Under the pieces are notes generated by a model, which worked only from the letters and a program-made list of their open reading frames with translations, had not been told where the DNA came from and searched no databases. Of a stretch of 64,000 bases of DNA, positions 12,842-27,284 are shown piece by piece. The translations under genes were made by a program, and so were the position numbers. Origin of the DNA: Octopus sinensis (lineage: Eukaryota); NCBI RefSeq assembly GCF_006345805.1, contig NC_042999.1, positions 83,762,001 to 83,826,000 on the forward strand, written 5' to 3'. Within the stretch, counting starts at the first letter, position 1. Every line of letters begins with the position of its first letter.

Positions 12842-13196
12842 TCTATTATATAAAATCCGTTCTGTGTGTATGTGTGTGTGTCTTCTAGGATCTCAGGCAT
12901 CCTCCATCCGATTGCGCTCAAATTTGATATGTAGATACCGACGGTATCAGGGCGTCTATAAGTCTTGAAAAAATTACAAAAATCGATTCCAGGTGAGAAT
13001 GCGATCGATAAAGCATTCTTTGGAATAGAAAAAAGTCTATCTTTATTTCTTCTTTTGCTGGTGTCTCAAATTTAGGTTAAATCAGTTTTTCTCAAAGGGG
13101 AGGCCTATGGGACGGTCGGACAAGTTGTTTTGAGAAAATTTGGTTTAAATGTTTGACAACTCAGCACCGTCCATTGGACGGGGGGCGTTTTGCTCG
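12842..13196 (+). mobile_element. Non-autonomous Helitron/HINE-like element
   Basis: Starts A|TCTATTATATAAAA, then a GT-rich microsatellite; 3' hairpin ccgtcc-att-ggacgg (13167-13181) lies ~11 nt before CTCG|T (CTAG-like). Confidence 0.6.
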
Positions 13197-13220
13197 TACA
13201 TACATACATCTATATATATA

Positions 13221-13614
13221 TACTCTTTTACTCTTTTACTCTTTTACTTGTTTCAGTCATTTGACTGTGACCATGCTGGATCACCTCCTTTAGTCGACCT
13301 AATCAACCCCAGGACTTATTCTTTGCAAGCCTAGTACTTATTCTATCGGTCACTTTTGCCGATCCGCTAAGTTATGGGACGTAAATATACCAGCATCTGT
13401 TGTCAAGCGATGTTGGGGGGGGGGACAAACATACACACACACACACACACACACGCGCGCGCACACACACACATATTTATATATATATACGACGGGATTC
13501 TTTCAGTTTCCGTCTACCAAATCCACTCACAAGGCTTTGGTCGACTCGGGGCTATAGTAAAAGACACTTGCCCAAGGTACCACGCAAGCTACTTCCCACA
13601 CAGCCACTCCTACG

Positions 13615-13617
<3 letters not shown>
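13221..13617 (-). mobile_element. Full-length SINE family C
   Basis: Head ggctgtgtgggaagtagc...gtggtaccttgggcaagtgtc, internal CA/TA microsatellite, tail cagtcaaatgactgaaacaagtaaaagagtaaaagag. Confidence 0.9.
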
Positions 13618-13652
<35 letters not shown>

Positions 13653-14865
13653 AACCTATTTTCATGATTGTTCAATGGAGATCATCATTTTAAAGCAAGT
13701 TAAAACTACAAAAACAATATTTACTAATAGGTTACGAGACTCATTTAATGTAAATCAATATTCAAACTGACTGGAACTTTGGAGTACTAAATGTAATAAC
13801 ACAAACCTTAGTTTCTACCTTAATGGGTACAAAAAGATGAATAGCTTCTAACCTTGTTGCCACAATTTGCATTTTAATTTTGTTAAATCTACATTTACTC
13901 CTAATTGGAGAATATTACCCATTTGTTTTCTTTTTTTTTTTTTCGTATTATTCGTATTTCGCTTTTCCCGCAATGTAATACATTCTGCGTTAGCAAATTT
14001 CGTTCCACGAAACGTAGCAGAAATTCGAAAACTCAAGAAAATTACAAGTAAAAAGTCTTGAATCATCTAGTCGCTCGCATTACCCTCTAAGATTCTCACC
14101 TAGATACCAATCATCACGAGTAATCCAAACGAATAAGCCGTCAGGCAACGATATAAGTCACAGTCAAAAGAAATTTGTAATGTTATCAACGTATATGATA
14201 TTATTTCATGCTTTATTAATCCTACTTCTGTATAATAAAATTTATTTTCTTTTATTAATCGTGTTTGTGTATTACTTTTATGAAAGTGTTCGACCATTAT
14301 ATGGAGTTTCTAAAGCTATGGACTAAATCTTTAAAACTCCATGGTTCCCCAGTGCACCATAACATCCCGTTTGATAAGCCCCAATCTAACGAGACCTTTT
14401 GTTATCAAGAACGAAAGAGAGTGACTTGAGGGTGGATTGGCTTCTATTTTGACAATGAATCAAGCAAAAGCGTTGGTTCGATGTATTAGCAGCAGTAATT
14501 TGTGGTAAGAAATTAATATTCATTTCTCTCATTTTTCTGCTGGTCTCTGGCATGATTTCTGTAATTCGTTTGGTACTGGTGTGAGAAACCTATCTCTTAA
14601 AAAAAAAAAAATTGTCCGTTCTACTGAAAGTAGCACAGATGTTAAAGAATCTCATTTCCTATAATGTATTTTGGTGCGTGAAACAAGGCCTGGATATTTC
14701 AAACTTTTCTTTCAAATATATTTCTATAGAAGACGGCTGTGGCAAATGAATCGTTAAACGAATGGTTAATGAACTATTAAACAAACATAATGGGAAGTAT
14801 AATACATCTGTGTCTTACTTGGATTGATGCACACTCACCTTCATATACGCATATACACTTCTGAG

Positions 14866-14938
<73 letters not shown>

Positions 14939-15312
14939 TACACACACACACACACACGAACGTACATTTATATGTGTATGTATATATGTTCACTCACAAA
15001 CACAATTCCGTTTTATCAATGCATCCTTCACTTCAGATTTAGTGCTAACTACGTACAGAGAAATGTACAAACGAAATATGTTATACCAAGTTTGATTTTG
15101 TAGATGTATTACATTTTGTATTTTCTATTTCATTTACAAATAAATGATTCATAAAACAAATTTCATAGAATTGTTCTATTAAATAAAGTAGATTTTTTCT
15201 TGCAAGATATTTATCAATAACTCTTTAAAACAAAACTATTGATTCGATTTAACGACAGACACGAGTAGACACACCACACACACACACACACACACAACAC
15301 ACACACACACAC

Positions 15313-15375
<63 letters not shown>

Positions 15376-16164
15376 CATATATACATACACACAAATACGC
15401 ACAATTAACGTACATCTATTTAACTCTGTAATCTGATAAAGACTCACAAACAAAACCATTATTACAATTTTAGTCAATTTTTAACTGATTTAAAGCGGAT
15501 ATAACATTCGACAACAATTATATGTATAATTTTTTAATTCCGAAGCAAATGTTCATTCTTTAGCGTTATTCTTCACAACATCTATGTTGGTCGATCAGGA
15601 GTGACAGCAATCACTTTTCATGATTCTACCATATACAGAGTCTCTAATTCTTTTTAAATGATTTCGACGGAAGAAGTAGAATTTCACATAGTTTACCACC
15701 ACCGCCAGCATCACAAAAACAACAACAGCTACAACACAACTTGATCTCTGTTTGTACAAAGTGGAGCTCACTCTGTTATGCCAGTTTCCTTTTTAACCAT
15801 ATATTTTACCTTATGCCGATGTTAAGCACTTGACATTCAGAATGTGAATCAACTGCGTTAAAAATAAATGTCTAAACGGGATTAGAAAAGTTATGAATCC
15901 CCTCTTCCACATCTAATTCACTTGGCAAAGAAAACTCTTTCAGACACAGTAACTTCACGTCATTTGTATAATTTCACTTTATCATTATTGGTAATATGAT
16001 ATCTATAATTTCTATTTCCTTAGTAATTGATAACACAATAATCAGCTGGTTAGAAAAAGAATATATCTATATTTAATATTGTAGTGGGAACATTTTGATT
16101 CCCACATGCATTAACAACTCTACAAGCATTGGAGTTAAGGTTCTAAAGTCTCAGTTTGCATGGA

Positions 16165-16520
16165 TAAATCCAGGAAACCGAGACAATTATTCTACAGAGA
16201 TCTGGAAAGGGCCTGTCGTGCCCAAGTTCACCCAAAGAAGAGGTGTAATGACAACTTTAAGTTCAACCTGATATGAGCCGAACTCAAGTGTATTGCAGCT
16301 GACTGCACTAAGTGGCACTAACTATGCTCCCAGTCAGCAAATAACTTACAAACCACCTGGTGTATGCAGCGCTTCAGGGCAAGGATACAGAAAAGCTTCC
16401 ACTCTACTCAAATAAGCGGCGCTCATTGACCGACCTGTAACACGGTCTGTGCATCTGATGTCAGCAAAGATGTCAGACGAGCATCCACAGATGTTGACCA
16501 TCTAACACAATCGTCTCTCT
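16165..16520 (+). mobile_element. RTE-clade LINE C-terminal fragment
   Basis: RKPRQLFYRDLERACRAQVHPKKRCNDNFKFNL resembles the RTE C-terminal R.P.Q.FYGEL..G.R..G.PKKR.KD.LK.NL. Confidence 0.65.
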
Positions 16521-16659
16521 AGGACCCGAGAAACTGCGAAATATGTACAAGGAATAGTTTTTCTTTCAGAAAATATACCTGAATATATATGAATACACAC
16601 ACATACACACACATGCACTCACTCATACACACACATACACACACATTGTTATTTTCAAA

Positions 16660-16860
16660 CAAGAATCTTATTAACAGGAACTTCGAATTTTCGGCGACTA
16701 AAGCCATCATCAGACTGCGAGGCATTACAATTAATCTTGGCTTTATATATCTTCTGGTGGGTTAAAAAAATTTCATCTGTTGAGCGTCTATTGAAGTTAA
16801 TCTTTACTTTATGTAGCCTCTGTTGAGTTAAATCTTCACACATACCAAATGAAGATTTTA
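16660..16860 (-). mobile_element. Degenerate Penelope-like 3' remnant with hammerhead-like motif
   Basis: CTGATGA-T-GGC-tttagtc-GCC-GAAA-a-TTCGAA-G-T-T at 16675-16717 on the minus strand. Confidence 0.45.
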
Positions 16861-18627
16861 ACCCAAGAGAAGCTATATAAAGCCAAGATCAACTTCATTA
16901 CATTGCAGTCCGAGGATGGCTTAACCAGCTGGAGGAGGCGTCCTCCTGGGCTTAAAAATAGCAGTAACATCGGTTCCTGCGGAACAACCAATTTTAATTG
17001 GCAATAAATATCACTTCTAATTATAAAATAGATAGGACAAAAATAGAATATGTGTCCCCTAGTATATTGGCTTTAGAAAGCATAATCGCTATCTCTCAGA
17101 GAAGTATAACGCTTCATTATAACATTTTTATCATGCAATTTAGTACATCAGATCGGATATAGAGAATTCTTGCACATGATTCTGTTACTAGTTTCTGAGG
17201 CATTTTTAGATACAAACTGTTCAAAAGAGCAAATAGCATTGTTATATTGGTAGATGGAACAGAGAAACGCAATCTTATGCATTTGAGCTAGTGATATACA
17301 ATGTGCTTAGGGGGTTTCAGTCTGTCAATTGACCTAGTGACCTTAATTTGCATGTTTTCTGTTGTCTATGTATGCATAAAAGCTGTATCTAAGAGTCAAC
17401 GTATTACAGCGAACACAATACACAGGGCATCGAACATCTTACAAGGAATGTCATTGGCGCTGCACTGTGTGTTTAAATGTGAGTGAGAAAGCACGTGTGT
17501 GTGTGTGCATGTTTGTGTGTATGCGTGCGTGTGTGTGTGTGTAAGAGAGAGAGAGAGACAGTGTGTGTGTGTGTATGTGTGTATGTATGTGTACCGTTCT
17601 AAGAGACGAGACACTAGCAACTTGCGCCAGCGCAGGGGTAAACAGATTCTAACCGCAGGCGTAGTGCACGGGAGCACTGTGAAGCTAGAGAGTTGTTTAT
17701 TGACACACAGTTAGAATTATACGTAGCTGTTTAGAACCAAAACAACTTTTCAAGACAAACTTGAACTTAGGTTTGTTGTATGTAAGAAAATAATTATATA
17801 AACTAATAATTATAAAGAGCGAAAAAGAAAGTAGGATGCAGTAATAATATAATTCGTATGGGGAATTAATATATGGCAATATGGAGCAAACATTTTCTGT
17901 GTTTGTTTCTTTATTAACTAGTTGCCTTGGAGGTGCCTTCGGAGAGTGCAAAGTACTATCTTCTAATCTTATCACTTTAACACACACACACTTACATCCT
18001 CGCACCCACACGCATATACATATATGCACACACACACATATAGACACATTCATGCAAACAATGGAAGACAAATAATACTTCATAACGCGATACCATATCG
18101 TCTCAGAAAATTTTTAAAGAGAAAAAAATAGATAGAAAACCGCGAAAAGTAAGTTGGTAAATATATTTCAAAGACCAAAATTGGAGTTATAGTGATTTAT
18201 TCATAGATAAACCTTGAATGGGCATACTTGTTATCTAAGGCGTTTCATCTGTAACCATCACCTCCGATCCCCTATATCATATAATTTAATGTCCTTCCTT
18301 TCTGAAAACAATAGTGTGTGATATGAGAGAGTTTGGGAGTGTGTTTTCAGCGTAAAGCTTGTATTGTTGTTGTTGTTTAGTTACAAGTCCGAATTAATTA
18401 AGATCTATAATCCAAGGCGTTGCAGTCATGACCAATCCGCCTCTTTCTATGTAGAACTAGAACTTCTAATGCACCTTTTTGCTATTGCTAAAATCCAGGG
18501 TGTTATAGAGAAATTGGCTGTTATTTCGTCGGCACGTACATTGCATTGTTTTAAATTTGGGGTTAAAACCCCATATGCAAGGAGTGAACATGCTATGCAA
18601 AACCTGACTCCTAATATTGGTTTCAAG

Positions 18628-18804
18628 TTTTGGCACAAGGGTAGCAATTTTGAGAGAGGGATCAATTACACCAATCTAGTGCGCAAATGAATGAAAGGTA
18701 AAATCGACCCCAGCAGAATTTGAACCCAGAACGTGCAGTCAGACGAAATGCCGCCACTAAGCACTTTTCTTAACGTGCTAACGATTCTGCCAGTTCGCCG
18801 TTTT
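18628..18804 (-). mobile_element. SINE family B (ttttggcacaagg tail type)
   Basis: gaatttgaacccagaacg...ctaacgattctgccagttcgcc. Confidence 0.8.
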
Positions 18805-19266
18805 AACCCGACTCCTAATATTATTGAAGTCATCGTACATTTAGTACTAGTATTTTCTGTCCGAGCAGTTCGAATAAAACCTTTCCAGCCATAATCTTCC
18901 AGTCATAATTTACATGATATTATATTTTCCTACCTTCATGCACGAAAGTAGTAAAGTGTAGTTTGAGAAATATTTGACTGCTGTTTCTAATAATAGATTG
19001 AACGACCACATATCGACTTACATAGTTATTGTTGCAGTTCGTTGTAGCTGGTCTTTAACTCCTGTTCAGCTCAAGTCAAACAAACTCATAACAAAAGCTA
19101 TCCCAGCTATCGCTGTCTCAAATTTCCAGAGAGATACTCATAGGATACATTTTGAAATATGGTTTTCATTCTAAAATAAAACAAAAGACGGTAGGGTGCT
19201 TTTTCTGTCAGGTCGATTCGCCATATAGTGCACTGGTTCTTGATCTTATTTTCTTTTTTTTTTTGT

Positions 19267-19661
19267 AGGTGTGGCTGTGTGGTAAGTAGCTTTCTTCCCA
19301 GCTACATGGTTTTGAGTTTAGTCCCACTGCGTGGCACCTTGGGCAGTTGTCTTCTACTATAGCTTCGAGCCGATCAAATACTTTTGAGTGGATTTGGTAG
19401 ACGGAAGCTGAAAGAAGCCCGTCGCATATGTGTGTGTGTGTGTGTGTTTCTCTGTCTGTTTGTTCTCCTGTTTTGTCCATCGCTTGACAACCGATGTTGG
19501 TGTGCTTATGTCCCCCTAACTATCGGTTCGGCAAAAGATTCCGATAGAATAAGTACTTAGCTTATAAAGAATAAGTCCTGGGGTCGATTTGTTCGACTAA
19601 AGGTGGTGCTCCAGCATGGCCGCAGTCAAGTGACTGAAACAAATAAAAGAGTAAAAGAAAG
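19267..19661 (+). mobile_element. Full-length SINE family C
   Basis: ggctgtgtggtaagtagc head, gcgtggcaccttgggcag core, tail ggtggtgctccagcatggccgcagtcaagtgactgaaac(aaataaaagagtaaaag). Confidence 0.9.
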
Positions 19662-20502
19662 CCCCCATTTAAGTAGTTGTTATGCCTAGCACCCACTTAA
19701 GTGGGCAGTGAGATATTACGACCAAACTAACTTAGCATGGATGATAACTTATAAATTTTACTCTAAAAATGTATGGTATAAGTTTTTTAACTGTAAAAGG
19801 ATAAACATGAAAGTTGTAAATTTACTTTATACATTGCAAGTTAATGACTTCCTTGTGCCTGATGAGGACTCATTGTATTTTAATAACAACCATTAAAAGT
19901 TTTATCATGTATAATATGATTACTACTATGGGTAAAATTTAGTACGTTATGTCACCTTACCGCCCTCTTCGACATGCTCATCGCCCCTTTGCAGGCGGTG
20001 CTGCTCATGTTGAGAAACTTTGGTTTAGGGGCTCTCTTATTGAACAGTTATTTAAAAACTTAACGTATATTAGGTGTAAAGTAAGACACGTTTCCCTCAT
20101 CAGAGAAGTAAACAGCGGTAAGGATTTCTATAAATAAATCTTTTTTACAGTTGGAAAAGAGTATCGATGGTTGGTAAAATATAAATAAAATAAAAATGAA
20201 ATTTCAAAAAATGTAAGAAATAATTTATAGATAAATAAAAACAGACAATTCAAATAACACTAAGAAAATACTTTTAAAAAATGGAAGCAAAGAAAAAGGA
20301 GAAAAAAGGTAGCGATGGGAAGGAGAGATACGTTTGTTGATAATGGATTTACTTCAGAGATTATGGAGAATAAAAATTCTTATCTAGTAATCCGAGCACT
20401 AAGCGCTTGAGGTCTTTCAGTTCGAAAATATGTAATATATATTTACAAATCGCGCGCATCTATATATACAACAACAAACATACACACACACACACACACA
20501 CG

Positions 20503-20537
<35 letters not shown>

Positions 20538-20685
20538 GCATACCTACGTAAATAATATTAGCACAAACACACAGGCACATACACAGTCGCGCGCGCACAC
20601 ACACACATGTACATTAACACAATTAAATACAAGAAGCAACATGTTTGTTTAAACAATATATATATATTTCTACACATGCATGCAG

Positions 20686-20741
<56 letters not shown>

Positions 20742-21885
20742 GTATATGTATGTCTGCATGTCTATGCTATGTTCATGCTTACATTGCATACAGACACACA
20801 AATATACATACATACATACATGCATACATACATACATACATACATACATACATACATGCATACATACATACATACATACATACATACATACATACATACG
20901 TGTGTGTGTTTATCAATTTTATCAATATACTTGAATTACTATCAACCGTTCATTCAATCAGTATTTTTCCTTGGACTCTCCATCCATGTTGCACTCAACT
21001 ATCCATCTATGTATCTTCATTTTCTCTTTATATATAAACGCATATACTGGACACTATGCATTGCATAAGAATAGTGCATAGTTTTCATACATAAGAGTGT
21101 GTTTTGTGCCTTAGATTGAAAGAGTGGGTGTATATATAAGATATACATGTGTATGTGCATGTGTATGTACAAGGTATGTTTGAGAAATTTGTAGTCGGTT
21201 TCCGGTACCCTCAAATCTAGAATCCCTAAAACCACTTTTATATCGAAAAACAAAAAAAAACTTTGCGTTGGCGCCAGCAACTGCCCCTAGGTATGTATTT
21301 ACTTGCGCAAACACACGAACACACATGCAGAAGCACATTTACACACTCACCCACAACATTTATCCTTATCACCTCTGTTTGAATATATATATATATTTGC
21401 ATGGAAATCGATGGCTGCTTATATGTATATCTGTGTATGTGTGCGCTGACGTAATATTTGCTCCTGGCCTACAATTACGTCGTCTGCAATATTAATCCGT
21501 CAAATGCGTCGTGTATGTATTAAGCATACTTTCGCATCCAACGAACTTTGAAGTACCATTCGTTTGTTTACAGTGATCAATCGATTCCCCCCCCCCTCCA
21601 GCAAAGATATGTAAATCCAAAAACAAAAAAATTATCTATGAAACGGGGCAGAACGGAAACGCCAGGAAAACCTAATAAATAACCAAATAATTATAATTTG
21701 TATTTCTTAGGTGAAAATCTCGCTTACAAAAACAACGAAAGGAATTAGTCCGGTCTTGAATAGTGATATTGTGAAGGACATTAAAGCGGCTTCCTTTTAT
21801 ACTTTTATTTCCTTTTTGTTGTTTTTGCTGTTAAAAATGCCCAACCATCGCAATACCGATTTCATTGAAGACTAAAAAATAGCAT

Positions 21886-21976
21886 ACATGCATATATATA
21901 TATATATATATATATATAGATATATATATATATATATATATATATAGATATAGATATATATATACATATATATACA

Positions 21977-22043
<67 letters not shown>

Positions 22044-22099
22044 TATACATTATATATATATATATATACGCACAGTATATGCATATATATATATATATA

Positions 22100-22187
<88 letters not shown>

Positions 22188-22206
22188 TATATATATATAC
22201 AGTATA
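21886..22206. repeat. Long (TA)n microsatellite with interruptions
   Basis: Direct inspection. Confidence 0.95.
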
Positions 22207-23011
22207 TGTATCCACTACAAGCCTGCTGGTTACTGAAATACAAAATGTTTGCGAAAGTGTAGATTATATAATGAAAACATAATAAAAGTTCTTGAAGCAC
22301 CACTGCAATAAAATACGATAATAACGGTATTATTTAACTTTAAGCTGATACGATTTTTATTGTAGTTGATTATCTGCATTGTTTCTACACTTCTATTCAT
22401 TTTACAAGACGCACGCGCGCGCACACACACGCACATTCGCGCGTGCACAAACACATACACAAATATATACACTTGTATATCCTTAAATGCCTTTCCTCAG
22501 TGAACTCCAACACAGCTTCTCATAAAGCCAAATCTCCCACAGATCTAGTCTTCTATGTTTCTATGTCACTCACTTGTGAACCTTGCATTCGAGAAATTAA
22601 ATAACACTGTTGTTAGATTTGATGTAGGTAATGTATTGAACCGTATTAAGTATGCAAATCTCCGAGCAAACTTGCACTTTTATGGGCTTCATCCATCACT
22701 AGTTGCTTGGATCATTGGCTTCCAATAAGATCGAGTCACCAGGAAGTGTGCTTTTGCAGCTCTCTCTCCCTCTATTAGTTTCTTCCTCTTTCTCTCTCTC
22801 TCTCTCTCTCTCTCTTTTTCATTCACTCTCTTTCCCGCTCTCTCTTTTCTCTTCTCTCTAATACTCACAATAACAATTCTAGTGTGTCCAAAGTTTCGGT
22901 TTTGTCTCACGCACTCTTCTTCCTACACATGCCTTCAATTCTATCAAGATCGACTTCTATGCAGATGAGACCATATATCATTCTTACTCAACCGCCCGAA
23001 CCCATGTCTCA

Positions 23012-23104
23012 TCTTATTTCTTTTTTGCCCACAAGGGGCTAAACATAGAGGGAACAAACAAGGACAGACAAAGGGATTAAGTCGATTACATCGACTCCAG
23101 TGCA
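23012..23104 (-). mobile_element. SINE family B tail fragment (cccacaaggggct tail type)
   Basis: Matches the tails at 59026-59100 and 59238-59320. Confidence 0.75.
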
Positions 23105-24114
23105 TGATGCAACCCAGACACTTCACGCCAAACCTGCACCGAGAGATCTCCTAAACATCATTTCATATAATTTGATAAACGGATAAAATGTCACTAGTAA
23201 TCATAGGAAGTAATATAAGTTACGTCAGTAAAAATGTCAGATAAATAAAAAAAAAATGAGTTAAAAGTGTGTTGGCATTCAAAACATATTTCAAATTGTA
23301 TCTCAATCATCGTGAAGGACTTAACTACATTATGCTCACACGCCTTTTATAATTCGTCCCCAACACCTCAACTTCTTTTCTAGAAACTTTTAGCATTAAG
23401 TTATTCGAGCGACTAGAGACATCAGGTTGGACTCTAAATACGGCAACCTGTTTCCCACAATGACTGCTATATGTAAGAAATGCATAACAAAGAGACCCTT
23501 GAAAAGAATCCTGCGTTAATGCTACTCAACCTTTATCCCAACGTCTATAACAACACTTATATCCTTTACTCCTGTTTTCCATAGATTGTATCTTCGGTCG
23601 TGTTTCCACTCCCCGCCATTCTTTTATCTTTTCCGCCTTCATCTTTATATCTTGGCAAAGAAGAAGTGTGCAAAGCATCTACGTTTTTCCTTTCGTTTAT
23701 TTTCTCCCACAACAGAACTGTAAAGACTTTAGTATTTAAGGTAAGTTGTTCTATTTTTACGCTTGTCTTACTTGTAATTCATTAGTATACTGATGCAATC
23801 TTAACCAAGCCTAGCACCGGATTTATTATATTACTATGGTATAAATATTTGATGGATATGAGAGATCATTAACTTCCTATTAGTGATGTCTGTGAGAGTC
23901 TTGGTTATATTCTTAGTGATTTTGGAAGGTGTAGATTTGTCAATTTGATTTCATATGTGTATTAACATTTCAAGCACAATTTAACAATATTAGACTCTTA
24001 GGTTTCCATTCCTGGAAACTAAAATATTCTTCATCTCAATAGTGCACATCAGATTAGCGATGTCTAAATTATGTCTAAAAGGAATGGTTACTGAAGAGTG
24101 AAGAGATCTGTCTG

Positions 24115-24206
<92 letters not shown>
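24115..24206. repeat. (TATC)n microsatellite
   Basis: Direct inspection. Confidence 0.95.
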
Positions 24207-24207
<1 letters not shown>

Positions 24208-26349
24208 GTAGCTAGCTAGTTACCTAGCTTTTGGTCTTTATAAACGCATACATATGTAAGAATGTATGTATATAAACGCAAAGATATGTAAGCATGTAAG
24301 CATATATATATGTAAATAAAATATCTGTATGTATGCATACATACACGTGTGTGCGCGTGCGCGCGTACGTGTATGTGTATGTGCACGAGTGGGAGAAAGG
24401 AAAGTGAGACTGAAATATAGCCCAGCTGCAGAAATGACCATTTATGGTGTTTACGGCAATAAACCAAATAATAAACGTTCTAGACAGTTAACGATAATGA
24501 TAGAGTCAGTTGGAGGAAAAGAACCGGAATATATTTTGTCAGAAGAACTGATTGTTCGAATAAATGATCTGATCGTAAAGAAAGGAACCTAATTACGTTT
24601 AAAAATGCATACAGAGTTGTTGGTACTCCTTTGGTATGCGATCTATGTAGCCAACGTGATCTACAAGAGTCAAATTCTACTTTAGTATGCGATCTACATG
24701 TTTAATTTATTCATTATGGCTTAAGTAAAACATTCTTACATTTTTGTGCATTTATTTAAAAAAATTAAAATGAAGCAGATATGAAACATGTTTACTAATT
24801 CTATGGGCGAATCAAATGAACATCAGCTAGAAAATTTTAAAAATAGATAATTAAAATTTTTATACATTTTATACATTTACTATCAAAAAGAAATTAGAAT
24901 GAAGCAAATTTGAAACAAGTTTACAAATTTCATCGTTAATACATTTATTATTAAAATTTATGTTTCCATCGTTCTTGATAAGTATAACTTTTCTCGCAGA
25001 TCGCAATATAAAGTGTAGATCGCATACCAAAGCAATTTCATAACACGTAGATTGCATACCAAAGTAGCAGCGAGTTGTTTTATGTGTCTTGCGAGCAGGG
25101 TTTCGTGTTTTTACGTAAAAGTTTAGGTGTTCTATGAAAATTTATTTTTCTGCACGATTGTGAATGCGATTCGGTTCCTCTTCACGGAGCTGATATCAGC
25201 CACAAACCCGATTAATAATATGTTGATACGTATTGGGAACAGCATTGTAGGGTGAAGGAACGCTACTATGCTTTGCAAAGATGTTAAATGCTTTAAAATG
25301 TCAGAAAGTTGTATAACTTAAAGGTTCCACTATGCACCCATCCTCCATTCTCCTTTGATAAAGAGAGTTTAACCTCTTCCAACTCACTGTACTGGATTTA
25401 TTCAGCAATTTTAACAATTTTAACACTGCTTAGATTTATCCACTGAAATAAAACAAAACAATCCGATTCACGTATGTCAAATATAAGCGAAAGATACAAT
25501 TACTGCCCTATATCAGTAGCGTGTGTTTGAGGTAACTTTTTACACGGGCCTATAAGCATAATTTACTTATAATCATTGTACACAAGATACGAAATGGCAA
25601 ACAAATATTTATTTTTAAGTCTGAGATACAAAGCAGTATGGTTACTGCTAATTAAATATTCACGGAATGTTGAATTCTTCTTTGGATGATCCAAAATTCT
25701 GATAATTATTTTGGGATAAGCGAGATTACAAGAAGCTGACAATACACTCTTCTACACACAAGCTGTATGAACTAAAACATAGCTCAATGTTGTAGTCAAA
25801 GTAAAGACATAACAAAATATACACTGGAAGAGAAAGCTGTATCAGGAAAAAGAATTAGGTAGTATTGGAGTACATATACACACAGAAACACACACACACA
25901 CATGTATATATATGTGCGCGCACGTGTGTAAAGACTTAAGTTGAAATATTTTAAGAAGTAAAGGAAATCTCGAACGCTCGAGGGTAGCTGTGAACGCAGC
26001 ATTAAAAAATGGGGTTAAAAAAAACCTTATATAGGGAAAAAGTGGCCAGCGACCATTATACTGATCATCGGTACAGAGCTCGAAACTCTGTAGCAGTTGC
26101 TGGATATTGTTTTTTTTTTTTTTGTCAGCAGGAATATTTTTCACCTGGTTTTCGAAAGCTATGAATGGTTATTTGGTATTGCTAAAATTGTTTCCTTAAG
26201 TATCATTATTGTGAGGTGAGTATAGTAAAACCAGGTATGCAATATACACAACACACATAAGCCATTTCTAGCCAATTTGTGCTGTGCTTTGCTTTGATAT
26301 GTCTCGATGTTTTATGGATTCCCTGTAATGATAGATCGCTAGCTACTAA

Positions 26350-26510
26350 AACTTTTTCTATTTTCTCTCCCTGTTTATTTCTGTGTTCCTTTCTGTCGAA
26401 GAGCGAAGGCTCGAAACAAAAGATTTTCTCACTTCCCAAGCGTTAAAATAATACATCTATTTGTTGTTTACACACCGTCAACGTCTTTTGTCTTTTGTAA
26501 ATTCTCACTA
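26350..26510 (+). mobile_element. Family H short repeat, copy 2
   Basis: cttt-CTGTCGA-A-GAG-cgaagg-CTC-GAAAC-aaaaga at 26389-26423; the GT before the cleavage position is deleted. Confidence 0.6.
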
Positions 26511-26516
26511 TATATA

Positions 26517-26587
<71 letters not shown>

Positions 26588-26597
26588 ACATATGTGT

Positions 26598-26671
<74 letters not shown>

Positions 26672-26709
26672 CATACATACGTAAATACATACATACATAC
26701 ATACATACA

Positions 26710-27066
26710 AGAGACCCATGTGACCAAAGCCTAATGGCCCATTGCATGCATGAATGTTACGTACAAGCTGTACAGAGGTTGTTTAAATATCTTTCTCCAA
26801 GACCACTGCCAAACAAATGGAGTGCTAGGTGATGAACAGGAGGAGGAGAAAAAGGAGTCTGGGACTGTGCTCAGCAGCTTCTCCTCAACAAAGCTGTCTT
26901 TAAGGAAGCCAAGCAACATCGTCGTAACCTCTTAATATAGCTAGACAACTAGGCGTTTGACTCTGTGCCTCGCTCATGAATGATGGAACTAGTCAATCCA
27001 TTCTCACGTGATACAGGAATGAAGTTTGGGCAAGATAAATGCTCATACATGAGAGTGAAACTTGGA
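26710..27066 (+). mobile_element. R4-like RLE retrotransposon RT fragment, internally deleted
   Basis: Frameshifted pieces [52 protein letters not shown]...AFDSVP and FSRDTGMKFGQDKC match R4-clade RT subdomains; starts right after (TACA)n. Confidence 0.8.
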
Positions 27067-27284
27067 TGGATTATCGACCAGTAGCTTGTCTATCTAACCT
27101 ATTTCTAATTACCAAAACTACAAGTTTCTCGGAATCGATGAGAATTTTGCCTATGTTGGTGCTGTGACTAAAGCCAGAATATCGGCTCTCTTATACCAGT
27201 GTGGAAGATGTCAGCCACATAATCAGCAGCTACCTCAGAACATATATATATATATATATATATATATCTCAAAACACACACACA

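Noticed and set aside
20085-20110. CTGATGAG-G-GAAACGTG on the minus strand
   Set aside because: No stem II, G at the cleavage position and no stem I.
19690-20140. Two short non-repetitive ORFs (19708-19896, 19949-20137) next to a 14-bp palindrome cccacttaagtggg
   Set aside because: No recognisable family motifs, short, and no boundaries defining an element.
23330-24050. Possible very old Penelope GIY-YIG remnant on the minus strand
   Set aside because: Too degenerate to align any motif with confidence.
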